IMG/VR virus record: IMGVR_UViG_3300017774_002865
Span: 1-46,225 of that record
Length of the DNA stretch: 46,225 bases
Strand: one strand, 5' to 3'
Origin: a virus
Lineage: Duplodnaviria > Caudoviricetes
Below are positions 27,900-37,316 of this stretch, piece after piece (position 1 is the stretch's first letter; every line of letters begins with the position of its first letter). The position numbers and the translations under genes were made by a program. The notes beneath the pieces are model-generated. The model did not search any database and was not told the DNA's origin. It saw only the letters and a program-made list of their open reading frames with translations.

Positions 27900-30500
27900 A
27901 TGGCACAAGAACTCAATATTGAACAAAAACTAGCTGATTTGCTAGACACCCGCGATTTCCAACCAGAACTAACTGGTAAAGATGGGCGCCCGTGCGATGC
28001 CGATGAAGCTAAAGTTTTCACATTTGATTATGTAGCTCAATCAGGTAAGAATTATGGCACCATGGTTATTGTAATGGGCAACGACAATGAAATGATAATC
28101 ATGTACGGCGACAACCTTGGCAAGACCATGGAAAGCACCGATGATCGTGATGAGTTCTTTGAATTTCAACATCAACTGATGGATCTAGCCAATCGTAATC
28201 GCTGGACTGGAACATTAACCGACATTAGTAAAACTAAAACGGTAAAAGCCACACTTGCTGCCATTTCTGAAGGTTTGTTTGAAGGCTACTACGGAAACAA
28301 GCGTACCAGCTACAGCGGCGAGCCTACAGAAGCACGACTGGTAATCAATCACAATCGTGTGCTGGGAGAAAACGACAAACGTTATCGCTATGTGGAAAGT
28401 TTGTTTATTGAAACAGCTGACCGTGAACGTTTTAAATTACAATTTACAAACCTAGCAGGTGGCCGTGCCATGCTAGAACATGTGCGACAAGGTGGCAAAC
28501 CTTACGATATTCGTGGTAGCCATATCAATAATATGGTAACCGAAATGAAAGTACTAAACCGTTTCAATCGTGCCAGCCAAGGCCGAGTGATGGAAGGTGT
28601 CACACAAGAGATCACAGAACAAGCTCACTTGTACTATCAAAGTCTACGTGAGAGTGTCAAACGCATGGGAACACCACGTGGATATGCACACTACTTTGAG
28701 TCTTGGCACCCTGCTGAAATTGGTGCGCAAGAAGAACTGGTAGAAAACATCAAAACAATGTTTATTGAACAAACATTGGACTCACGAATCGAAGAGGCTC
28801 TGCCACTATTGGCTCGTATACAACAACAAGGAAATGCTATGAAAGAAGCAGACATATTTGAATCGTGGATCAACCGCCTGGCCGAAGGTACATGGTTAAC
28901 GCCAGAAACAGAAGAACAGGTAAACAAACTCAAAGAATTATTGAGTAAAGATCTTATTGTGGGCCCAGATGCTACCAATGCTAAAATGCTACTAGGTGAC
29001 ATAGTAGGAGATGATATTTTGAACGATCGGCTTGAGGAATTGCCACCAGATGCTAATGCATGGAATGATACTGAAATCATGGCCCGTCTTAAAGACCTAG
29101 GGATTGACACAAGCCCACAACAGCCTGCAGGTGTATTGCCAGATGGTACAGAACCAGGTATCCAACCTGAGCAACCAGTAGCACCCACACAGGACATGCC
29201 CCAAGAGCCTCCAATGGCTCCTATCAGTGAAGCAGATGACATAGCTACATTTGAAAGCCTTAATGCCATGCGCAAGGCAGCAGGATTGCCTGTTGTTGAG
29301 AGTGTGTTAACTGACTCAACTGGCCATACGTTAGATCATATTTTAAAGAGTTTTGGCAGAGAAGTCAGAGACTTTAAAGAAGGCGGAGAGCTAGATGATA
29401 ACCTATACCGTGCATTGTATGACTACTACTTTGAGGACATGCCGCGAAATACCAGACACAATGCTGACGGCCAAGATTCATATGAATGGATCACAGATCG
29501 ATTAGATAGCGAACTTGGTACAGGTAATTATGCACCTCGCAAAATTACATCTACACTGGAAACCATTCCTGGACTGTCGGCACCAGTTGCAGAAGGCTCA
29601 TGCAACGCTACCATGGAAGGTGAATACTGCCCAGAACACGGACTCATGGAGTGCGGTGGCATGTATGAAGGATGGAAAAGTGAACTTGCTGGCGGCACCC
29701 TGGGTGGCGTAGGCGGAACAGTTGCTGGATCTGCATTGGGTGCATTAGCAACCGGGAGTCCAATTGGAGCGGCAATAGGTGGAGTTGTAGGTGGCGCAGC
29801 CGGTGGGACTGCTGGACAGATGGCAGGTAGAGAGTTAACTAAAGAAGAACAACTAAATGAAATTGCTCCATTGTTGGCAGCAGGTGCAAGAGCCGTCATA
29901 CCATTGTTGTCTAAAGTTGGTCCAGCACTGGGTCGTATGGCATCGGGTGCAGGCAAAGCTGTTACTGGAAAAACAGCCGCTGGTATTGGACGCGGCACTG
30001 CCGATGTTGCCAAATCGGCCGCACAATCAGCCGCACAAAATGCAGATAAAATCGGTATTGGGTTAGGTGCATACCAGGCCATTACCGATGTGGCAAACAA
30101 CACAATGGGTGGTGTAGGCGAAGTGTACCGTGACGTTGGTAAAGCTGCTGGAGCAATAACACAATCAGTCGGTAATGCAATCGATGGAAAAACCATTGCC
30201 GAACTAGCAAGCACCGCAGTTAAGTATTCAATTCCAATTGGTATAATATTGGCTGTATTATACGGTGGCAAAAAACTCATTGACCAAGTAATGGATGAAG
30301 GCTTAGTAGGTGGTGCAATTGGCACCGCATTAGGCGGCCCTGTAGGTGGTATGATTGGAAGTGCTATGATCGGTAACGCAGTAGGTGAAGGTCATGACGA
30401 TCCCATGAACAGCAACAGTGCTATCACTGGTGCCTACTATGAAAGCAAATCGGATGATGCATTGCTGGCCAGAATCAAATCACTAGCCTTGATAAAATAA
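27900..30500 (+). CDS. Large modular putative internal virion protein with glycine-zipper and hydrophobic segments
   Basis: Globular-looking N-terminal ~400 aa and a Pro/Gln linker, then short modules bounded by ISE/VVE/VAE/MYE/LNE/MDE/VGE. Preceded by TAAATA at 27887-27892. Confidence 0.6.
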   Translation: MAQELNIEQKLADLLDTRDFQPELTGKDGRPCDADEAKVFTFDYVAQSGKNYGTMVIVMGNDNEMIIMYGDNLGKTMESTDDRDEFFEFQHQLMDLANRNRWTGTLTDISKTKTVKATLAAISEGLFEGYYGNKRTSYSGEPTEARLVINHNRVLGENDKRYRYVESLFIETADRERFKLQFTNLAGGRAMLEHVRQGGKPYDIRGSHINNMVTEMKVLNRFNRASQGRVMEGVTQEITEQAHLYYQSLRESVKRMGTPRGYAHYFESWHPAEIGAQEELVENIKTMFIEQTLDSRIEEALPLLARIQQQGNAMKEADIFESWINRLAEGTWLTPETEEQVNKLKELLSKDLIVGPDATNAKMLLGDIVGDDILNDRLEELPPDANAWNDTEIMARLKDLGIDTSPQQPAGVLPDGTEPGIQPEQPVAPTQDMPQEPPMAPISEADDIATFESLNAMRKAAGLPVVESVLTDSTGHTLDHILKSFGREVRDFKEGGELDDNLYRALYDYYFEDMPRNTRHNADGQDSYEWITDRLDSELGTGNYAPRKITSTLETIPGLSAPVAEGSCNATMEGEYCPEHGLMECGGMYEGWKSELAGGTLGGVGGTVAGSALGALATGSPIGAAIGGVVGGAAGGTAGQMAGRELTKEEQLNEIAPLLAAGARAVIPLLSKVGPALGRMASGAGKAVTGKTAAGIGRGTADVAKSAAQSAAQNADKIGIGLGAYQAITDVANNTMGGVGEVYRDVGKAAGAITQSVGNAIDGKTIAELASTAVKYSIPIGIILAVLYGGKKLIDQVMDEGLVGGAIGTALGGPVGGMIGSAMIGNAVGEGHDDPMNSNSAITGAYYESKSDDALLARIKSLALIK

Positions 30501-30513
30501 TTTATCCTACTCC

Positions 30514-30542
30514 AAAAAGCCCAGCAACAGTTGGGCTTTTTT
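30514..30542 (+). terminator. Intrinsic terminator with bidirectional appearance
   Basis: AAAAAGCCCAGC-AACA-GTTGGGCTTTTTT. Confidence 0.85.
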
Positions 30543-30690
30543 ATGGCCATACAGAAAGGCAAAAGTCTTGCCTTTTACTATTGCGATGCTAAATACATTC
30601 GTATACAATACAACTTGTATGCACAGGCAACTAAGCATCTAAATTATTAGATAGGCATATAACATAGGCAACTTAACAAGGAGAAACACT

Positions 30691-31707
30691 ATGGCATCAT
30701 TAGCAGAAATCAGAGCACGACTACAGGCAGCAGAAGGCAACAAAGGCGGACAAGGTTCGCAAGGTGGCGGAGACAAATCGATCTACCCGCACTGGAATAT
30801 GGAAGAAGGCCAATCGGCTACATTACGCTTCCTCCCTGATAGTAACACAAAAAACACATTCTTCTGGCAAGAACGAGCAATGATTCGTTTGCCTTTCAAT
30901 GGCATCAAGGGAGAAATGGATTCAAAACAGGTCATGGTACAAGTACCCTGTGTTGAGATGTGGGGCGACGCTTGCCCAATCTTGGCAGAAGTACGTACAT
31001 GGTTCAAGGACAAGAGCCTTGAAGACATGGGTCGTAAGTACTGGAAGAAACGTTCATACATCTTCCAAGGCTTTGTTCGTGAAAACCCAATCGGTGACGA
31101 CAAGACCCCGGACAATCCTATTCGCCGATTCATCATTGGCCCTCAATTGTTCACACTTATCAAAGGTGCGTTGATGGATCCTGAGTTGGAAGAATTGCCA
31201 ACAGACGCCCTGCGTGGTCTGGATTTCCGTATCACAAAAACACAAAAAGGCGGCTACGCTGACTACAACACTTCAAAGTGGGCACGTAAGGAATCTGCAT
31301 TGACAGAAACTGAACAAGCCGCTATTGAAGCACACGGCTTATTTGATTTGAGCACATTCTTGCCCAAGCGTCCGACAGACGTGGAGTTGAAGGTCATCAA
31401 AGAGATGTTCGAAGCAAGTGTAGATGGACAACCGTACGACACAGAGCGTTGGGGTCAATACTTCCGTCCAGCAGGTGTTAACGCACCAGCAGGTGGCAAC
31501 AGTGGCGTTACCGAAGACGACATTGTGGCTGCAAGTGCTCCAGTGGCCAAGGCTGCTCCAGCACCTGCTCCAGTAGCAAGTGCATCACCATTTGATGATG
31601 AAGACGAAGTTGCAGTTGCCACAGCACCAGTTGCTAAACCAGCCGCTGCCGCCGGTGGCAATGCCCAGGATATCTTGGCAATGATTCGTGCAAGACAGCA
31701 AAAGTAA
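30691..31707 (+). CDS. Single-stranded DNA-binding protein (T4 gp32-like)
   Basis: LRFLPD, CPI, YWKKRSY, GLDFRITK...GGYADYNTSKW and an Ala/Pro/acidic tail. It lies upstream of uvsX and uvsY. Confidence 0.85.
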   Translation: MASLAEIRARLQAAEGNKGGQGSQGGGDKSIYPHWNMEEGQSATLRFLPDSNTKNTFFWQERAMIRLPFNGIKGEMDSKQVMVQVPCVEMWGDACPILAEVRTWFKDKSLEDMGRKYWKKRSYIFQGFVRENPIGDDKTPDNPIRRFIIGPQLFTLIKGALMDPELEELPTDALRGLDFRITKTQKGGYADYNTSKWARKESALTETEQAAIEAHGLFDLSTFLPKRPTDVELKVIKEMFEASVDGQPYDTERWGQYFRPAGVNAPAGGNSGVTEDDIVAASAPVAKAAPAPAPVASASPFDDEDEVAVATAPVAKPAAAAGGNAQDILAMIRARQQK

Positions 31708-31716
31708 TCATTGAGT

Positions 31717-31746
31717 AACACAAACACCGACCGGTGTTTGTGTTTT
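31717..31746 (+). terminator. Strong hairpin/terminator after the SSB gene
   Basis: 13-bp perfect inverted repeat AACACAAACACCG / CGGTGTTTGTGTT ending in a T run. Confidence 0.8.
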
Positions 31747-31764
31747 ATCTATTATAAAGTTATT

Positions 31765-32673
31765 ATGAAATTTTCTTTGGTATTTGAGAATACTGGTGAT
31801 AGCATACCTTTTGAAGTAGTGTACAACCATGAATTGCTTGAATTTTTTGTAGGAAAATCGATTAGCAATAATCAAAATAAATTTTCTGATAATCAAATAA
31901 TAGCAAAAAATGTCAGCAAAAGTTTAACAGATCTTCACTGGGCGTTATCAAATACCAATGACATTCTTTATGATCTTGTTGGGATTAGCTTCCCGCAATC
32001 AGACAATCTAGAAACATACCTAGATCAGAATCTTCTTAATAAGATACACGCCGAATGGGTGTTTTCACAAAATCATAAAGTACAAGTACATCAGTTGAGA
32101 TTTAGTCAAAATTCTAACTCTGCAAGATTAGGCAATCAATTGCATGATCAATTTCCAGATGAAATAGTAGAAACACGATTAGCAGTGGCTATGCAACATC
32201 TTGGAAAGATTTTTCCATACGAAGATGTAAATATGGCTATTCATAGACTGGAATCAATTTTTACTAAACCCATTGAGTTTAACGCCTCTAGCAAGTGGGA
32301 AATATTTGATAATCCATTCCATAAAACATCCATGATTTCTAATCAAGATCGGATGAATTTTACCTTTGGATACACCTATGTAGGGCGACAACTTTATAAT
32401 AAGTTTGAATATTTTGATATGAATCTTGATTGCAAAGATCATTACAATTACGAAACTTTAGAATATTCGTTTAATCTCAATCTACATCAACCTGAGACCA
32501 TGGCATTTAGTCCAGAATTCCTGGCGTGGTGTAACCAACATAATCGACAAGCGATGGCTAATCAGATTCCTGTTGCTAACATGATTGATCTAGACAAACA
32601 CTTGACTGAGTATCGTAAAATACTTTATAATAACTCACAAGCAAACAATTTTGCCAGCATTATTTTACATTGA
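31765..32673 (+). CDS. Hypothetical protein, AT-rich insertion
   Basis: Long ORF, visibly more AT-rich than the flanking ssb and uvsX genes. No motif recognised. Confidence 0.65.
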   Translation: MKFSLVFENTGDSIPFEVVYNHELLEFFVGKSISNNQNKFSDNQIIAKNVSKSLTDLHWALSNTNDILYDLVGISFPQSDNLETYLDQNLLNKIHAEWVFSQNHKVQVHQLRFSQNSNSARLGNQLHDQFPDEIVETRLAVAMQHLGKIFPYEDVNMAIHRLESIFTKPIEFNASSKWEIFDNPFHKTSMISNQDRMNFTFGYTYVGRQLYNKFEYFDMNLDCKDHYNYETLEYSFNLNLHQPETMAFSPEFLAWCNQHNRQAMANQIPVANMIDLDKHLTEYRKILYNNSQANNFASIILH

Positions 32674-32684
32674 AAGAAACTATT

Positions 32685-33740
32685 ATGGGAAAACCATTCG
32701 ACGTAAGCAAGTTCCGCAAGGAAATTACAAAAAGCATTGACGGCCTAAGCATTGGCTTCAATGATCCTACAGATTGGATCAGCACAGGCAACTATGCCCT
32801 GAACTATTTGATCTCTGGTGACTTCAATCGCGGCATTCCGCTTGGCAAAGTCACTGTGTTTGCTGGTGATTCAGGCGCAGGCAAATCATATATTTGTTCA
32901 GGCAACATTGTCAAACACGCACAAGAGCAAGGTATCTTTGTGGTGTTGATCGACAGTGAGAACGCACTGGATGAAGACTGGCTCAAAGCATTAGGTGTTG
33001 ACACTGGTCCAGACAAACTTCTTAAACTGAGTATGGCCATGATTGATGATGTGGCAAAAACAATCTCCACATTCATGAGCGACTACAAAGCACTACCAGA
33101 CGGCGAACGTCCTAAGGTCATGTTTGTTATTGACTCCCTGGGCATGTTGTTAACACCCACAGACGTTAACCAGTTTGATGCAGGTGAAATGAAAGGTGAC
33201 CTTGGTCGCAAACCCAAAGCACTCACCGCACTTGTTCGTAACTGCGTCAACATGTTTGGTAGCTACAACGTTGGCCTAGTGTGTACCAATCACACATACG
33301 CTAGCCAGGACATGTTTGATCCAGATGACAAGATCTCAGGCGGCCAAGGTTTCATTTACGCAAGCTCAATTGTGGTTGCCATGAAGAAGATGAAGCTCAA
33401 AGAAGATGAAGATGGCAACAAAGTATCTGAAGTCAACGGTATCCGTGCAGGCTGTAAAGTTATGAAAACACGCTATGCCAAGCCCTTTGAAGGTGTGCAA
33501 GTTAAAATCCCTTACACAACAGGCATGAGCCCTTACTCAGGTCTTACTGACTTGATTGAGAAAAAAGGTCTGCTCAAGAAAGAAGGCAACAGTCTGGTGT
33601 TTACCACAAGTGCTGGAGAAATCATCAAGAAGTTCCGCAAAGGTTGGGAACGCAACGATGACTCGTGCTTGGATGTTGTGATGAAAGACTTTGGTAATCA
33701 GAAGGCAGAGGTAATTACAGTTGAGGAGGATGCAGAATGA
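32685..33740 (+). CDS. uvsX: RecA/UvsX recombinase
   Basis: ISTGNYALN, GDSGAGKS Walker A, IDSENA, VIDSLG Walker B, TNHTY and SGGQG. Confidence 0.93.
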   Translation: MGKPFDVSKFRKEITKSIDGLSIGFNDPTDWISTGNYALNYLISGDFNRGIPLGKVTVFAGDSGAGKSYICSGNIVKHAQEQGIFVVLIDSENALDEDWLKALGVDTGPDKLLKLSMAMIDDVAKTISTFMSDYKALPDGERPKVMFVIDSLGMLLTPTDVNQFDAGEMKGDLGRKPKALTALVRNCVNMFGSYNVGLVCTNHTYASQDMFDPDDKISGGQGFIYASSIVVAMKKMKLKEDEDGNKVSEVNGIRAGCKVMKTRYAKPFEGVQVKIPYTTGMSPYSGLTDLIEKKGLLKKEGNSLVFTTSAGEIIKKFRKGWERNDDSCLDVVMKDFGNQKAEVITVEEDAE

Positions 33741-34006
33741 GCGAAGTAGTAGCAAGTGAAATCTGGGGTGAACTCAAACGTTTTGTAAACACCGTGGATC
33801 GTGCAGAGGCTGCAGAAACTGTGGTACAGATCTTGATGGACAATGATTCAGATGTAGATGACATACGGAATGCCTTCAAAGGTGATTCGGATATCAAACG
33901 TGCGTTAACTGCATATCTTGACAACGACAAAGATTACGGTGACGAAGAAGATGCGGAAGAAGATGAGTACTTTGATGACTTTGATGACAAAGACTGGGAA
34001 GACTAA
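33737..34006 (+). CDS. Small acidic protein between uvsX and uvsY
   Basis: Coupled ORF with a D/E-rich C-terminal tail. Confidence 0.75.
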   Translation: MSEVVASEIWGELKRFVNTVDRAEAAETVVQILMDNDSDVDDIRNAFKGDSDIKRALTAYLDNDKDYGDEEDAEEDEYFDDFDDKDWED

Positions 34007-34458
34007 TGTGGTACAGTCGTGTAGTTGGTGATCTAAGTCTGCTTCCAGATTTTGTTGCATACTACGAACACGAGCTAGATGCAGCCAAAAAAGATTGTCG
34101 TATTGGTGGTATAGTAGAAAAAAATATTACTGCATTGCCTGGAATCACTGAGCATCGATTCAATCAACTGCAGGAAATTGAGGCGGTGCTTAATTTTCTC
34201 AACATACAATTGCGAAAAATACGCCGACGACACTTTCAAAAATATCTCGAAGGCTATGCTAGAGCATTAACATCTAGAGATGCTGAAAAATATGTTGACG
34301 GAGAAGACGAAGTCATTGACATGGAGACACTTATTAACGAAATTGCACTACTGCGTAATCGTTGGTTAGGGATCATGAAAGGCCTAGATACCAAGCAATG
34401 GCAAATGGGGCATGTGGTTAGATTACGTACTGCAGGCATGGAAGATATACAAGTTTAA
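34006..34458 (+). CDS. uvsY: Recombination mediator, UvsY-like
   Basis: Helical 150 aa with KYVDGEDE and KGLDTKQWQM...LRTAG, located after uvsX. Confidence 0.75.
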   Translation: MWYSRVVGDLSLLPDFVAYYEHELDAAKKDCRIGGIVEKNITALPGITEHRFNQLQEIEAVLNFLNIQLRKIRRRHFQKYLEGYARALTSRDAEKYVDGEDEVIDMETLINEIALLRNRWLGIMKGLDTKQWQMGHVVRLRTAGMEDIQV

Positions 34459-34466
34459 AGGAACCA

Positions 34467-35567
34467 ATGAGTTATTTGTTTACAAGTGAAAGTGTTAGTG
34501 AAGGGCATCCAGATAAAGTTGCAGATGCAATTAGTGATGCAGTACTAGATTTAGTTATGAGCAAAGAAGATTCATCATTGCGTTGCGCATGTGAAACTTT
34601 GGTCACAACCAATCGTGTTGTAGTTGCAGGAGAATACAAAGGCATTTTACACACAGAAGAAGTTGATAGTGCAGTTCGTTGTGTGATTAAGGATATTGGT
34701 TACGATCAAACTGGATTTAGCTGGCGCGATGTAGAGATTACAAATTTGTTGCACGGGCAAAGTGCAGATATTGCCTTGGGCACAGACACGTTTGGTGCAG
34801 GCGATCAAGGTTTGATGTTTGGATATGCATGTAATGAAACTGCTGTACACATGCCCAGTGCCATTTATTGGAGCCATCGTATTGTTGAAACATTGACACA
34901 TGTTCGTAAAAGTATGGCGCTGCCTTGGTTAGGACCAGATGCTAAAAGCCAAGTAACATTTGAATACAACGATAACGGTACTCCTAAACGCATTGCTAAA
35001 GTTGTTTGTTCAACTCAACATCATGAGTCTGTAGATATTGTTCAAGTTAGACAATCAATTGAAAGTGTAATTCGCAGTATCCTGCCAGAAAAATATGTAG
35101 ATGACCAAACTGAATTCTTTATTAACCCTACTGGTAGATTTGTTATTGGTGGTCCTGATGGCGATACTGGGCTTACTGGCCGTAAGATTATTGTTGATAC
35201 TTACGGTGGCTATAGTCCTCATGGTGGCGGAGCCTTCAGTGGCAAAGATCCTACTAAAGTGGATCGGAGTGCTGCCTACCTAACTCGGTATTTGGCTAAG
35301 AATATTGTAGCCAGTGGTCGAGCAGATTGGGCCACAGTGCAAATCAGCTACGCCATTGGATTAGCACAACCCATGAGCTTCTATGTTGAAACCGCAGATG
35401 CCGCACAGGGTCGTGAGTTAACTAACTGGTTACAAGACAATGTTGATTTGACGCCTCAAGGTATTATTGAACGATTTAATTTGTTCCGTCCTATCTACAA
35501 CTCAACTACCAACTATGGACATTTTGGCAAAGACTATTTGCCATGGGAAAAAACTGATTTATTTTAA
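34467..35567 (+). CDS. metK: S-adenosylmethionine synthetase
   Basis: FTSESVSEGHPDK, GAGDQG, GLTGRKIIVDTYGG, GGGAFSGKDPTKVDRS and YGHFG. Confidence 0.97.
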   Translation: MSYLFTSESVSEGHPDKVADAISDAVLDLVMSKEDSSLRCACETLVTTNRVVVAGEYKGILHTEEVDSAVRCVIKDIGYDQTGFSWRDVEITNLLHGQSADIALGTDTFGAGDQGLMFGYACNETAVHMPSAIYWSHRIVETLTHVRKSMALPWLGPDAKSQVTFEYNDNGTPKRIAKVVCSTQHHESVDIVQVRQSIESVIRSILPEKYVDDQTEFFINPTGRFVIGGPDGDTGLTGRKIIVDTYGGYSPHGGGAFSGKDPTKVDRSAAYLTRYLAKNIVASGRADWATVQISYAIGLAQPMSFYVETADAAQGRELTNWLQDNVDLTPQGIIERFNLFRPIYNSTTNYGHFGKDYLPWEKTDLF

Positions 35568-35576
35568 AGGAATAAC

Positions 35577-35981
35577 ATGACTGTAAAAATCTGGAACAGC
35601 ATTGATGGTAGTACTCTCAAGTCTTTACCTAATGCCGCAAAGGGATACGAACAACGGATTTCTATTCCTGAGTTTACATTTCTTGGCGTGAAGAATCAGC
35701 CAGACTTTGGGGACATTACTATCTGGTTCTATGGTAAAGATCGTACTATAGAATTAAAAAGTCTTAAAGAGTATTTGTTTCAATATAGAGATACTGTAAT
35801 AAGCTATGAACGAGCCTTGGATGTGATGTACAAGGATTTACTCAAAGCCTATGAACCAGATCGTATTCGTATTGAGATTGAATTCAGACCACGTGGTGGT
35901 ATTAGCAGTTGCATGACTGTGGATAGTGATTGGGGACACCTTGGTGGATCTGATGCGCTGTGGCAACATCATAAAAATTAA
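35577..35981 (+). CDS. QueF-like tunnel-fold protein lacking the catalytic cysteine
   Basis: PEFT..., [12 protein letters not shown] (QueF motif), SYE and PRGGI are present, but [14 protein letters not shown] has Gly where QueF has Cys. Confidence 0.8.
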   Translation: MTVKIWNSIDGSTLKSLPNAAKGYEQRISIPEFTFLGVKNQPDFGDITIWFYGKDRTIELKSLKEYLFQYRDTVISYERALDVMYKDLLKAYEPDRIRIEIEFRPRGGISSCMTVDSDWGHLGGSDALWQHHKN

Positions 35982-35991
35982 AAGGAAAATT

Positions 35992-37278
35992 ATGGATTAC
36001 AAAATTAAAGATATTAACTTGGCTGCTTGGGGTCATAAAGAAATTGCAATTGCCGAGAGTGAGATGCCGGGATTGATGGCAGTAAAAGCAGAATACAAAC
36101 AGGCACAACCACTAAGTGGTGCACGTATTGTGGGTAGTTTGCACATGACTATTCAAACTGCTGTATTAATCAAAACCCTAGTGGAACTTGGTGCAAGTGT
36201 GCGCTGGAGTAGCTGTAATATATTCAGCACACAAGACCATGCCGCGGCTGCTGTTGCTGACATGGGCATTCCTGTTTTTGCCTGGAAGGGTGAAACAGAA
36301 GCGGAGTACTGGTGGTGTATTGATCAAACGTTAACAGGTCCCAACGGCTGGACGCCTAACATGATTCTTGATGACGGCCATGATTTGACTGGTGTTATCA
36401 TTGATAAACACCCAGAGCTTGTTGATGGCATTGTTGGTCTCAGCGAAGAAACAACAACTGGAATTTATCATATTTTAAAACGTATATCTGAAGGAACATT
36501 TCCTTTCCGTGCATTTAACGTGAACGACTCTGTGACCAAGTCCAAGTTTGACAACTTGTACGGCTGCCGCGAAAGTTTAGTTGATGGTATCAAACGTGCC
36601 ACTGATGTGATGATTGCCGGTAAAACCGCAGTGGTATGTGGCTTTGGAGATGTGGGAAAAGGTAGTGCAGCTGCCTTACGAGCATTGAGTGCTCAGGTAT
36701 GGGTTACAGAAACAGATCCTATTTGCGCATTACAAGCAGCCATGGAAGGTTATCGCATTGTGACTATGGAATACGCCGCCGACAAAGCTGATATTTTTGT
36801 AACAGCGACCGGCAACAAAGATGTTATCACACGCAAACACATGGATGCCATGAAACACCAAGCTATTGTGTGTAATATTGGTCACTTTGATACAGAGATT
36901 ACTGTTGCCGATTTAACAGATTTAGTGTGGGAAGAAATTAAACCACAAGTTGATCATGTTATTTGGCCCAATGGCAAACGTATTATCTTGTTGGCCAAGG
37001 GACGATTGGTTAATCTAGGCTGCGCTACTGGACATCCTAGTTTTGTTATGAGCAATAGCTTTACCAATCAGGTTCTTGCACAGATTGAATTGTTTAACAA
37101 TCCAACAACATACAATAAAGGGCAAATGTATTTGTTGCCTAAACAGCTAGATGAAAAAGTAGCACGTTTGCATCTTGAACAGATTGGTGCTATGTTGACA
37201 ACTTTAACAGATGCTCAGGCAGATTACATCAACGTAGATGTTGCCGGCCCTTACAAAGCTGATACGTACAGATATTAA
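35992..37278 (+). CDS. ahcY: S-adenosylhomocysteine hydrolase
   Basis: [49 protein letters not shown] and [20 protein letters not shown] precedes ATG 35992. Confidence 0.97.
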   Translation: MDYKIKDINLAAWGHKEIAIAESEMPGLMAVKAEYKQAQPLSGARIVGSLHMTIQTAVLIKTLVELGASVRWSSCNIFSTQDHAAAAVADMGIPVFAWKGETEAEYWWCIDQTLTGPNGWTPNMILDDGHDLTGVIIDKHPELVDGIVGLSEETTTGIYHILKRISEGTFPFRAFNVNDSVTKSKFDNLYGCRESLVDGIKRATDVMIAGKTAVVCGFGDVGKGSAAALRALSAQVWVTETDPICALQAAMEGYRIVTMEYAADKADIFVTATGNKDVITRKHMDAMKHQAIVCNIGHFDTEITVADLTDLVWEEIKPQVDHVIWPNGKRIILLAKGRLVNLGCATGHPSFVMSNSFTNQVLAQIELFNNPTTYNKGQMYLLPKQLDEKVARLHLEQIGAMLTTLTDAQADYINVDVAGPYKADTYRY

Positions 37279-37316
37279 AAAAACAGACAAGAGCAAAGCC
37301 GCCTGTAAATACTAGT

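Noticed and set aside
22034-30325. Long antisense ORFs 22034..22729, 28691..29275 and 29528..30325
   Set aside because: Each lies fully opposite a low-complexity real gene and has no expression signals or motifs.
34440-34470. SAM or SAH riboswitch ahead of metK or ahcY
   Set aside because: Intergenic gaps are only 8-10 nt, leaving no room for an aptamer.
35577-35981. Calling this gene a functional queF and inferring 7-deazaguanine DNA modification
   Set aside because: The catalytic Cys is absent and no other pathway genes are in the window.
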